64,000 bases of DNA from Macrostomum hystrix (Eukaryota; Animalia; Platyhelminthes), in assembly GCA_950097015.1 (NCBI GenBank), contig CATNEN010000010.1, forward strand, positions 2,232,001 to 2,296,000. Direction: 5' to 3'. The notes under the pieces are model-generated. The model saw only the letters and a program-made list of their open reading frames with translations, made no database searches and was not told the DNA's origin. This document shows, in pieces, positions 12,001 through 23,512 of the stretch. The position numbers and the translations under genes were made by a program. Each line of letters starts with the position of its first letter. The first letter of the stretch is position 1.

Positions 12001-15000
12001 AGCCTGACTTAGCGGGCTGTGAGAGAAATTCAAAAGCTGCATGGAGACCACTGAGTCAGCGGGCACACGCCTTTGAGTTTACTGCATCCCAACCCAATCC
12101 TTTTCTCCCTCGTGTGTGTAGGACAGGTGTTTTCGCTTTTCTTATTTCCTTATCTCAACTTGCTTCCATATCTCCGCCCAACCCATCTCCCCTATCCCAT
12201 CTCCCTTATCCCATCCCCTTATCCCCTCCCGCTGCCCGCCACTATCCCATCTCCTCTATCCGTTTGCTCTGAAAACTGTTCTTCAACAAGTTCAGAGCGG
12301 CTGCAGGGCGGCGGACATGCGCTTTTTAACTGGGATGAAATTACAACCCGCTTGCGAGTGCACCGTGACCTGGCAGAGATCAGGAAGAATGTTGGAGCAG
12401 CAGTGATGTTCTCTTCTTTGTTGAGAGCCCGATCGATGAAGTGGCATTTTTGTTTGCTTTTTAATGATAGAAAACCAACCCTTGTGTACTTCTCAGAGAG
12501 GATTTTAGTATTTTCTGGGCATTTTTTCATGTCATCCCGGAGGAACGAGACTCCTTAAACCGACATCGACATTCGCAGGCGCACGCGGCATCGTCCGGGT
12601 TCCCTACAAGACCTCCGACGGCACTGCCCGCGGCGGTGGCAAGGACTTCGAAGATACCCACGGCTACCTGGAATTTCAGAACGACCAGACTGAGTGAGGA
12701 CGGGCGGATTCTGGGAGCGAATGACAGTTAGGGATTAAGCTGATGAGATTTTGAGGAAGTGGCAGAGCGGTCTAACGTGTTTGCCTCTCGCGCCAAGGTC
12801 CCTGAGCTCGATTCCGCAAGCAGGCCACATTCATTTTGGGGCGCAGCCGCTGAAAGAAGGTGTGGGGGCTTGTCGTGAAATTTACGCCCTTGCGGGCCAA
12901 CCTCCAAGGCACAGTGAGTGTACACTGCCTAGTGATTAGTACACACCTGTGTGAGTCTGTGCCTGCGTACCGTATCCGTGCTCAGTAGTCAGAATGGCCT
13001 TCTCGCTGGCTGCAGGTCTAGTCACCAAATAATGTGCCATTGTCCGCAGCCCTCCTGCAAATATAATTATTATTGGGAGGGCGGGTGTCATTTTGAGGTG
13101 GGCGGATGGGATTTTGAGGAGGGCGGATGGGATTTAGAGGAGGGCGGATGGGATTTTGAGGAGGGCGGGTGATTTTGAGGAGGGCGGATGGGATTTTGAG
13201 GAGGGCGGGTGATTTTGAGGAGGGCGGATGGGATTTTGAGGAGGGCGGGTGATTTTGAGGAGGGCGGATGAGATTTTGAGGATGGCGGATGGGATTTAGA
13301 GGAGGGCGGATGGGATTTTGAGGGGGCGGATGGAATTTAGAGGAGGGCGGATGGGATTTTGAGGAGGGCGGATGGGATTTTGAGGAGGGCGGATGGGATT
13401 TTGAGGAGGGCGGATGGGATGAGGAGATAATAATTAGCGAAAGTGTTGGTACAGAATCCCTTAACATTGGCTGACTATTGGCGAATAAATAATTAATCGC
13501 TAACACTCTGGCAGCCAACCCGCCCACTCCATCCCATTGTGATGAATGACCTGGCGATGGGAAAGGGGAAGAGGGAGCGAGCAGTGAGTGGGAAGGTAAA
13601 CACGAAGCCAGTTGCATTCATTGGCACCGCTTCAACTGTAGGTGAGACGTAGGTCTGAGAACTTCCACTGCGGTAACTCTGTGAGCTCTATGGCCTTTTT
13701 TCTAAGAAAACTGAGAGCTTAATTTTTTATTAGACAATGGGCCGAGTTGAGTTCCCGGGCAGGTGGACTGATGGAGCAGTTAGGGTCACGTCCATGGGGA
13801 AATCTATAGCGAATTTGGAGTTCTTCATTCTGTGTGATGTGCCAAAAATGCCAGCAGATAAACTCATTCAGAAGTGCGGTCACGTTGTAAACTTGGCTTG
13901 GTATTTAGATTTGCCTAATTATTTTCCTAGATCATGGCCATGCGAATGCTTCAATAAATTAGCTCGTATATTGATAGTTTGCTTGGATTTCCTGCTCAGT
14001 AACAGCTGACTGTTTGTCAGGATCTTCTCTTCCGTCTGTCAGAAACAGCACTGCTGTTTGTCAGGATCTTCTCTTCGGTCTGCCAGAAACAGCTGACTGT
14101 TTGTCAGGATCTTCTCTTCGGTCTGCCAGAAACAGCTGACTGTTTGTCAGGATCTTCTCTTCCGTCTGTCAGAAACAGCTGACTGTTTGTCAGGATCTTC
14201 TCTTCGGTCTGCAAGAAACAGCTGACTGTTTGTCAGGATCTTCTCTTCCGTCTGTCAGAAACAGCTGACTGTTTGTCAGGATCTTCTCTTCGGTCTGTCA
14301 GAAACAGCTGACTGTTTGTCAGGATCTTCTCTTCCGTCTGTCAGAAACAGCTGACTGTTTGTCAGGATCTTCTCTTCCGTCTGTCAGAAACAGCTGACTG
14401 TTTGTCATGATCTTCTCTTCGGTCTGCCAGAAACAGCTGACTGTTTGTCAGGATCTTCTCTTCCGTCTGTCAGAAACAGCTGACCGTTTGTCGGAATCTT
14501 CTCTTTCGTCTAACAGAAGATAGAAAACCTGTAAACCTTGGTTTTCCGAACATGGCAGTAACCCTAATTATATTGTTTCCCGACTTGTTTACTAAATTAA
14601 TTCTCGTCTGTTGATTGCCTGCCGGCCTCGGAATCCTTCTAAGTCCTAACCCTAACCCTAACCCTAACCCTAGCCCTAACCCTAACCCTAGCCGGAATCG
14701 AAATGATCTCCCAGAAAAGCTGCAATCAAGCAGCCTGGGGTTGGGTTAGGCAGCTGAGAATGGCGCCTAATGAGGCTGATTGGCCAGGCGGTTCCTGCCG
14801 GAGCCAAGTTAGCAAGCAGTTGTCAGCTGTTCGTGGAGGTGGGCGGAGTCCATTTGGAGGCAATTTTCGCCAGCAAATTGGGCGTTCTCGCTGACGGATG
14901 GAGCCCCAGTTCCTGCATGAATGGCGCAGCGAGACAATGGCCGGGGTGCGGTGCTGGCGGATTTCGAGCACGCCCGCGAGTATGTAGTCGAGAGAGCTGA

Positions 15001-18000
15001 GGAGTGAGCAGTGGGATTAGATGATTCCCAATCAGATCCCCAAGAACTCCAGGCCGAGCATAGACTCACGCCTGCCCAATCTCGCTCGCATTCCCCGCAG
15101 TTTCCTGAGGGGGCTCAAACAACAACAGGCCACCAGGATCCTCACAAGCTCCCCTTCCCACCCCCAGGGAAGGCCGGGTGGAGGCGGGTCGGTCATCCAT
15201 CATTTTCACGCACTGGCGAGTTCAATACAGAAGCGGAGTCTGGGAGCTGGCCGAGCAAGAGACTGGGAGCTGGCCTGCGGGCAGGGCTTTCGCTGAAGTC
15301 AGTTATTTTTTTCAACAGACTTCGATTTCCTCGGCGCGAATTTGCAGGCAGTTCATCAGTGTACGCATCGTCGACTACGAGGAGTACCAGAAGAACGTAT
15401 TCTTCTTCGTGGAGCTGGGCGCGCCCATCCTCATGAAGAGAGTCGGTGAGCCATGTTTACAGCGGGTTCGATGAGTAGCTCCTATTCACTTGCTGGGTGG
15501 GGATCCGATACCGCATTGCTGGCACGTGAGCGGAGCTGTGAGTCGCTGCCCTCCGTTAGGCAGACAGCTTTCTGGCACTTCATGAAAGAGAGACAGGCTC
15601 TGTTGCTGCAGAAATCCCTGTCACCATGCAGGGATAAGTACTTTCTTCATTACTGACACAAGTCTCGAGTCAGGGACACTCAACTGACACCCAACTGACG
15701 CTCAACTGACACTCAGCTGACACTCAACTGACACTCAACTGACACTCAACTGATACTCAACTGATACTCAACTGACGCTCAACTGACACTTAATTGACAC
15801 TCAACTGACACTCAACTGACACTCAACTGACACTCAACTGGCACTCAACTGACACTCAACTGACACTCAGCTGACACTCAACTGACACTCAACTGACACT
15901 CAGCTGACACTCAACTGATACTCAACTGACACTCAACAGACACTCAACTGACACTCAACTGATACTCAACTGATACTCAACTGACGCTCAACTGACACTT
16001 AATTGACACTCAACTGACACTCAACTGACACTCAACTGACACTCAACTGGCACTCAACTGACACTCAACTGACACTCAGCTGATACTCAACTGACACTCA
16101 ACTGACACTCAACTGACACTCAACTGACACTCAACTAACACTCAACTGACACTCAACTGATACTCAACTGATACTCAACTGACACTCAACTGACACTCAA
16201 CTGATACTCAACTGATACTCAACTGATACTCAACTGGCACTCAACTGACACTCAACTGACACTCAACTGACACTCAACTAGCACTCAACTGACACTCAAC
16301 TGACACTCAACTGACACTCAGCTGACACTCAACTGATACTCAACTGACACTCAACAGACACTCAACTGACACTCAACTGATACTCAACTGATACTCAACT
16401 GACGCTCAACTGACACTTAATTGACACTCAACTGACACTCAACTGACACTCAACTGACACTCAACTGGCACTCAACTGACACTCAACTGACACTCAGCTG
16501 ATACTCAACTGACACTCAACTGACACTCAACTGACACTCAACTGACACTCAACTAACACTCAACTGACACTCAACTGATACTCAACTGATACTCAACTGA
16601 CACTCAACTGACACTCAACTGACACTCAACTGATACTCAACTGATACTCAACTGACACTCAACTGACACTCAACTGACACTCAACTAACACTCAACTGAC
16701 ACTCAACTGATACTCAACTGATACTCAACTGATACTCAACTGATACTCAACTGACGCTTAACTGACACTTAATTGACACTCAACTGACACTCAACTAGCA
16801 CTCAACTGACACTCAACTGGCACTCAACTGACACTCAACTGACACTCAACTGACACTCAACTGACACTCAACTGACACTCAACTGACACTCAACTGACAC
16901 TCAACTGACACTCAACTGACACTCAGCTGACACTCAACTGACACTCAGCTGACACTCAGCTGACACTCAGCTGACACTCAACTGACACCCAACTGACACT
17001 CAACTGACACTCAACTGACACTCAACTGATACTCAACTGATACTCAACTGATACTCAACTGATACTCAACTGATACTCAACTGATACTCAACTGATACTC
17101 AACTGACGCTTAACTGACACTTAATTGACACTCAACTGACACTCAACTAGCACTCAACTGACACTCAACTGGCACTCAACTGACACTCAACTGACACTCA
17201 ACTGACACTCAACTGACACTCAACTGACACTCAACTGACACTCAACTGACACTCAACTGACACTCAGCTGACACAGCTCGTGTCAAGAACAGTACATGCA
17301 AATGATTGTGCATTCATAGGCTACTATTTGCTAAAATTATATTACGGCATGGACTGAAATGTACATGTAGGTAGAGTATCATTTAGTGCTTTGCTAGGGC
17401 AATTATGTGAAATAGGTGAATTATTATGCGATGAAAATAAAGTACTCATAATGTATGATAAAGTAATGTATGTAAACATTGTCATTATTTATTTTCAAAT
17501 ATATAAGTACTTAATGTAAAAGTACGTCAAATAATAGTACTATAAGTACTTTTTGTCACTCGATAATTATAAATAACTGCACAACTGTTGAGCCAGAAAC
17601 AACAGTAAACAGCGGAGACAATCGAGTGGAGAAAGGTGTGAATGCGGTTACCATTGACAACACTAATATTCCCTATTTAACTTTTGCTGCAGAATCCAAT
17701 GAAAATATTGTACTAACTGAGTCAAAACGAGCCCGTTGCAGATCGTTTAGTTTGAATGGCATCTCTAGCTGTTTGTGTTGTTCATGTTTAGTTAGCATGC
17801 CTATGTGATCAATAATCACGCTGAGCCATTCTGTGCATGAAAGCCTCGTTTAAGCCCTTCAAAAGATTTCGCTAATTCAACGACGTCGATTAACGATTAG
17901 GACTGCAGCATTATCTGTGGATTAAAGTTAATTTTAGCTAATCTCAGCACTTCAGCTACCTCAACAGACATGCACTAACTTCCAGGTTTAACAAAAATCC

Positions 18001-20860
18001 TCACATTTTTGTTAAAATTGTTTCGCAAATTGAACAGCCGGTGAGTTGATCTTTTTGCATGCTGACGCAGGCGAATTTTTTTGTTAGACAAATTACCGGC
18101 TTAAATAGGAATGAGATATGTTGGTTCTGTAATTATGCATCTGCCCGCCTCCCAGACCTCACTAATTTGAGGGCCGCCTTGTCCCCCCTTCCCGTCTCCC
18201 CTGTGCCTCTAAGCAATTTTCTCACAGCTGGCAGCAGCCTGGGGGGCAGCCTCCTCAACTTGCCAATATTTCTGTGGAGCGGCGCAGAGGCCCGGGACAT
18301 CAGCGGCTTAATTGGAGCCCAGGGGTCACGCAGCCGATGCCACCATCGCCCTGATGCGGCAAATCCATGTACTTTCTCTTCCTGTTGGAAGGGTCTCCGC
18401 CCCCACCGCTGCCCCCTGCGGCGGGCTGTCAGGATCCCGGAATCCGGGCCGAAGGGTCGAGCCCAGCCCCGCAAAGGAAGCACAGCTGCATTGGTGATAG
18501 ACAAACAGGCCAGACTAGCGGCCTTGTAAGAGCGAGAGAGCGAGCAAAAATCAACTAGAAGCTGCTTGTTATCCCATATTTTCAATCCAATGGTCTCCGC
18601 CTCTCTCTTGCCTGTCTGCGGCCGTCTCTTGATTTCCGGAATCGCAGCTCCATTCCCGGCCAGCCCGCCTTATCCTAATCAGGCTTCAATTACCTCTGCT
18701 GTATTTATCCGCAGCTGCTTAGAAACACAAATTCCTCAGGTCATCACCTGGAGGAGGATGTAGACTGCGCCGAGACCGAGATGGCGGGCCGTCCGCGGCT
18801 TGGTGAGACCACCCGGATCAAGGTGCACATTGTGGAGAGCGTCGAGTTCAAGGTGGGTGTCGGTTTGGTTGACAGCTTGGGGTGGTTGATAGTTTGGGGT
18901 GGTTGATAGTTTGGGGTGGGTGATAGCTTGGGGTAGGTGATAGCTTGGGGTAGGTGATAGCTTGGGGTGGGTGACAGTTTGGGGTGGGTGACAGTTTGGG
19001 ATGGGTGATAGCTTGGGGTGGGTGATAGCTTGGGGTGGGTGATAACTTGGGGTGGTTGATAGTTTGGGGTGGGTGATAGTTTGGGGTGGGTGATAGCTTG
19101 GGGTAGGTGATAGCTTGGGGTAGGTGATAGCTTGTGGTGGGTGATAGCTTGGGGTAGGTGATAGCTTGGGGTGTGTGATAGTTTGGGGTGGGTGATAGTT
19201 TGGTGTGGGTGATAAGTTGGGGTGGGTGATAGGTTGGTGTGGGTGATAAGTTGGGGTGGGTAACAGTTTGAGGTGGGTGATAGCTTGGGGTAGGTGATAG
19301 CTTGGGGTAGGTGATAGCTTGTGGTGGGTGATAGCTTGGGGTAGGTGATAGCTTGGGGTGTGTGATAGTTTGGGGTGGGTGATAGTTTGGTGTGTGTGAT
19401 AAGTTGGGGTGGGTGATAGGTTGGTGTGGGTGATAAGTTGGGGTGCGTGACAGTTTGGGGTGGGTGATAGCGTGCTAAAACTGAACCTCGCAGCCCCTCA
19501 CAAACGGACTCGGCAGAACACGGTTGACCGGATGCTGAAGAAGGCGAACATCTCACTAGTCGTTGGCACGTCGTCCTGGAAGGAGCAGTTTATTGAGGCC
19601 ATAACCGTCAGCTCAGGTAAGGTGTCACGGTTGAAGAGTTAAGAGACTTTGAAAACAATTTCTAAAGCCTTGAAAATGCCAGGTGACGATGACGACGAAG
19701 ATGGAGAAGCCGCAGACGGAGAAGAGAAGCTGCCCTCGTGCTCCGACTACATCATGCACTTCCTGACTGTCTTCTGGAAGCTGCTGTTTGCCTTCGTACC
19801 GCCCACGGGTGAGTAGAGTGGGATGCGGCCCTTCAATGGGAGATTTTAAATAGAGTGGATTTTGGATTTTGAAACTTTGAGTTAAGGAAATTTAAATTCC
19901 GAGGGAATGTTCAAAGCGGAGTTGAAGATTGCAATCTATCAAATGCAAATGCCTGTGAGCTGCTGAGTGCTAAAAATAGCTAGCATAAGAGCCTCTCGCA
20001 AGCTTTCTCGACAGTAGAAGCTAGCCTAGAAATCCCCTTTTCACTCTGCCATTGTCTACTGTCTTGTCTAAAGCAACAGCATTGCAGTCTCCTGGCAGAC
20101 GCTGTCAAGTCTGTCTTATCTCTAAGCACTTGTTAACCTGCCATTGTTGTCCCATGAGAGACAGAAGCAGTGACAGAATCGTTTTTAGAAGGCGTCTAAC
20201 AGATTCTGGCGCTCCAAATCAATTTTCATGAATTGCGACTGATTTCCGGTGCAGACTACGGCAGCGGCTGGTTCTGCTTCACCGTGTCTATCGTTGTCAT
20301 CGGCCTGCTGACTGCGGTCATCGGCGACCTGGCTTCCAGCTTCGGCTGCACAGTGGGCCTCACTGACGCCGTCACGGCCATCTCGTTTGTCGCTCTGGGC
20401 ACCAGCCTTCCAGGTGAGTCCTGAGTGCATTGTCCTCCGTGGAAGTCGACCGGACCGCATTCCACGCCGCCGCACCCCGCCAGACACCTTCGCGTCCAAA
20501 GTGGCCGCCATCGGGGACGCCCACGCGGACAGCTCGGTGGGCAACGTGACGGGCAGCAACGCCGTGAACGTGTTCCTTGGCATCGGCGTGGCCTGGTCCA
20601 TCGCGGCCATCTACCACTGGTCCATCAACAGCGACTTCACGGTGCACGCTGGGTCTCTCGGTTTCTCCGTCACCCTGTTCTGCGCAGAAGCCTTCCTGGC
20701 TGTCATCATCATGCTGCTGCGCCGCCTGAAGCCGATTGGCGGAGAGCTGGGCGGACCCCGGGCTGCCAAGATTGCCACCTCTATCGCCTTCTTCAGCCTC
20801 TGGAGCGTATACATTCTGGTGTCCTCGCTGGAGAATTACTGCTATATTGAAGGCTTCTGA
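9068..20860 (+). CDS. NCX: Sodium/calcium exchanger (SLC8/NCX family), 890 aa, 8 coding exons
   Basis: Exons 9068-10652, 12579-12693, 15348-15445, 18740-18852, 19517-19616, 19683-19808, 20255-20413, 20484-20860; total 2673 nt, all GT-AG and phase-consistent. Signal peptide; alpha-1 repeat MALGSSAPEILLS; GPKSRAFYRMQATR; Calx-beta CBD1 (IIDDDVFEEDEHF, VLDDDHSG) and CBD2; alpha-2 repeat VALGTSLPDTFASK; GSNAVNVFLGIG. Confidence 0.96.
10673..10800. repeat. 16-bp minisatellite GGGGAATCAGGTGTGT, ~8 copies
   Basis: Starts ~20 nt after the NCX exon 1 donor. Confidence 0.9.
12753..13074 (+). mobile_element. tRNA-derived SINE-like element (~320 bp) in NCX intron 2
   Basis: Pol III A-box TGGCAGAGCGG (12760-12770, followed by TCTAA as in tRNA-Leu/Ser D-loops), B-box-like AGCTCGATTCC (12805-12815), ~240-bp unique body, and (ATT)n-type tail ATAATTATTATT. 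No acceptor stem, so not a functional tRNA. Confidence 0.7.
13075..13420. repeat. 19/21-bp minisatellite GAGGGCGGATGGGATTTTGAG, ~16 copies
   Basis: Directly follows the SINE tail in NCX intron 2. Confidence 0.9.
14003..14517. repeat. 43-bp minisatellite CAGCTGACTGTTTGTCAGGATCTTCTCTTCCGTCTGTCAGAAA, ~12 copies
   Basis: Direct reading; internal CTGAC/GTCAG inverted repeats. Confidence 0.95.
14645..14691 (+). repeat. Interstitial telomere-type repeat (CCCTAA)n, ~8 units with 2 CCCTAG variants
   Basis: cctaaccctaaccctaaccctaaccctagccctaaccctaaccctag read directly; reverse complement is TTAGGG. Confidence 0.85.
15673..17277. repeat. 11-bp minisatellite ACTCAACTGAC, ~145 copies
   Basis: NCX intron 3; variant blocks show higher-order periodicity. 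Confidence 0.95.
18853..19470. repeat. 17-bp G-rich minisatellite GGGGTGGGTGATAG(T/C)TT, ~36 copies
   Basis: Fills NCX intron 4 from the donor onward. Confidence 0.95.
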
Positions 20861-21101
20861 TTGGCTGCTCAAATCACGACTCTGATTGGCTGGCTATACC
20901 GTTTACGTAAATCTCTTATCCCTTTAAGTTTCTGATTGGTTAGCCTTGTCCGCAACCCCACTCCACAGATTCGCTGAAATGAGTGACTCGCCCAAGTCCC
21001 TGCGAGAGACTGCGCTGTCTGTTTGATCATGAGAAACTCAGGGCAGACCTGGATTGAGCTCTGAACTGCGCCAGATGATGCAGCAGTGCCGCCGCTCCCG
21101 C

Positions 21102-21168
21102 TGTTATTATTATTATTATTTTATTATAATTATAAATATAATTATAATTATAACAAATATTATTATTA
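21102..21168. repeat. AT-rich (TTA)/(ATA) low-complexity tract
   Basis: Direct reading; in the presumptive NCX 3' UTR. Confidence 0.8.
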
Positions 21169-21413
21169 CGTGCTGCGTTGACTACAATCACCCCATAATT
21201 ATAAAGTTTGTTTGCCACCTATTTGACCCGTCTTCTTCACTCCAAGCTTCTGATTGGTCAGCCAGTTTATACTACCCTCAATTTTTTACTTTTTCTCAAT
21301 CCCATCCAGCTTGTGATTGGCTAGCTGGCATGATTGAATTAACAAAGCGCTGCTTCTAACCCTCGCAACCCGCCTGCCCCACCCTAAATCGGATCGAGTT
21401 TCCTATTGATGAG

Positions 21414-21419
21414 AATAAA
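21414..21419 (+). terminator. Candidate polyadenylation signal for NCX
   Basis: AATAAA ~550 nt after the NCX stop codon; no transcript evidence. Confidence 0.4.
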
Positions 21420-22087
21420 TGTACGCGTTTACCGCAGCAGGTTCTCACATATTACTCACAAGTAGATGCTATGCACGCAATCACAGTAGTAAGCTTCACA
21501 TCAACCCAGATTTTCCTGCTTGTTATAATACATTTTCAATCCTTTAGAAAGGTCGAGCTTAGAAAATTATAGACTAGAAAAGGTTTTATCAAAGCAATCA
21601 TTTTATTATTTTTTTTAATGCATAAAAAGCAGACTTCATCATTTTCCTCTTCTCAGTTTTTTTTGCCTTTTTGTTTACTTTTTTCTCAGCTTAGAAACAG
21701 TGGGCAGCGGATTTTACTGTACAAAACAATTTATTGGCTGATCGAATACTAATTTGTTTGCTTTCTTGATTGCCTGAGATTTTATTGTTGAGTTCACAAA
21801 CTTTTATTGCCCCTAGCTCTCAGAATGCAATGAATTCGTTGATTTGAAAGCAAATTTCTAGTCAGTATATGACACCGTCAACAGTCAATCAGTGACTCAA
21901 GCGATTGGCAATACTTTCATCTTTTTTGAGAACTTCAACTATTCAAACAGATTGCAGCAATAATACAATGCATAACAGTCTCTAACTTATACATTAATCC
22001 ACGAGTAGGTTTTTTGATTTATGATTCTGAAAATTACATCCATGACATCCATGAGTTGTATCACAGCTGATTGCATCACAGCGGATT

Positions 22088-23501
22088 GTGTCACAGCTGA
22101 TTATGTCAGCTGATTGTGTCAGTCAGTTGTGTCAGTCAGTTATGTCAGTCAGTTGTGTCAGTCAGGTGTGTCAAGTCAGTTGTGTCAGTCAGTTGTGTCA
22201 GTCAGTTGTGTCAGTCAGTTGTGTCAGTCAGTTGTGTCAGTCAGTTGTTTCACCCAGTTGTGTCAGTCAGTTGTGTCAGTCAGTTGTGTCAGTCAGTTAT
22301 GTCAGTCAGTTGTGTCACCCAGTTGTGTCAGTCAGTTGTGTCACCCAGTTGTGTCAGTCAGTTGTGTCAGTCAGTTATGTCAGTCAGTTGTGTCAGTCAG
22401 TTGTGTCAGTCAGTTGTGTCAGTCAGCTGTGTCAGTCAGTTGTGTCAGTCAGTTGCGTCAGTCAGTTGTGTCAGTCAGTTGTGTCAGTCAGTTGTGTCAG
22501 TCAGTTGTGTCAGTCAGTTGTGTCAGTCAGTTATGTCAGTCAGTTGTGTCAGACAGTTATGTCAGTCAGTTGTGTCAGTCAGTTGTGTCAGTCAGTTGTG
22601 TCAGTCAGGTGTGTCAGTCAGTTGTGTCAGTCGTGTCAGCCAGTTGTGTCAGTCAGTTGTGTCAGTCAGTTGCGTCAGTCAGTTATGTCAGTCAGTTGTG
22701 TCAGTCAGGTGTGTCAAGTCAGTTGTGTCAGTCGTGTCAGCCAGTTGTGTCAGTCAGTTGTGTCAGTCAGTTGTGTCAGTCAGGTGTGTCAAGTCAGTTG
22801 TGTCAGTCGTGTCAGCCAGTTGTGTCAGTCAGTTGTGTCAGTCAGTTGCGTCAGTCAGTTATGTCAGTCAGTTGTGTCAGTCAGGTGTGTCAAGTCAGTT
22901 GTGTCAGTCGTGTCAGCCAGTTGTGTCAGTCAGTTGTGTCAGTCAGTTGTGTCAGTCAGTTGTGTCAGTCAGTTATGTCAGTCAGTTGCGTCAGTCAGTT
23001 ATGTCAGTCAGTTGTGTCAGTCAGGTGTGTCAAGTCAGTTGTGTCAGTCGTGTCAGCCAGTTGTGTCAGTCAGTTGTGTCAGTCAGTTGTGTCAGTCAGG
23101 TGTGTCAAGTCAGTTGTGTCAGTCGTGTCAGCCAGTTGTGTCAGTCAGTTGTGTCAGTCAGTTGCGTCAGTCAGTTATGTCAGTCAGTTGTGTCAGTCAG
23201 GTGTGTCAAGTCAGTTGTGTCAGTCGTGTCAGCCAGTTGTGTCAGTCAGTTGTGTCAGTCAGTTGTGTCAGTCAGTTGTGTCAGTCAGTTATGTCAGTCA
23301 GTTGCGTCAGTCAGTTATGTCAGTCAGTTGTGTCAGTCAGGTGTGTCAAGTCAGTTGTGTCAGTCGTGTCAGCCAGTTGTGTCAGTCAGTTGTGTCAGTC
23401 AGTTGTGTCAGTCAGTTGTGTCAGTCAGTTGTGTCAGTCAGCTGTGTCAGTCAGTTGTGTCAGTCAGTTGTGTCAGTCAGTTGTGTCAGTCAGTTGTGTC
23501 A
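22088..23501. repeat. 13-bp minisatellite TGTCAGTCAGTTG, ~105 copies with higher-order blocks
   Basis: Direct reading; ends 12 nt from the stop codon of the CNB-like gene. Confidence 0.95.
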
Positions 23502-23512
23502 CGGACAGGCCT

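Noticed and set aside
14003-14517. CRISPR-like appearance of the palindromic 43-bp repeat
   Set aside because: Units are head-to-tail with no unique spacers, there are no cas genes, and the context is a eukaryotic intron.
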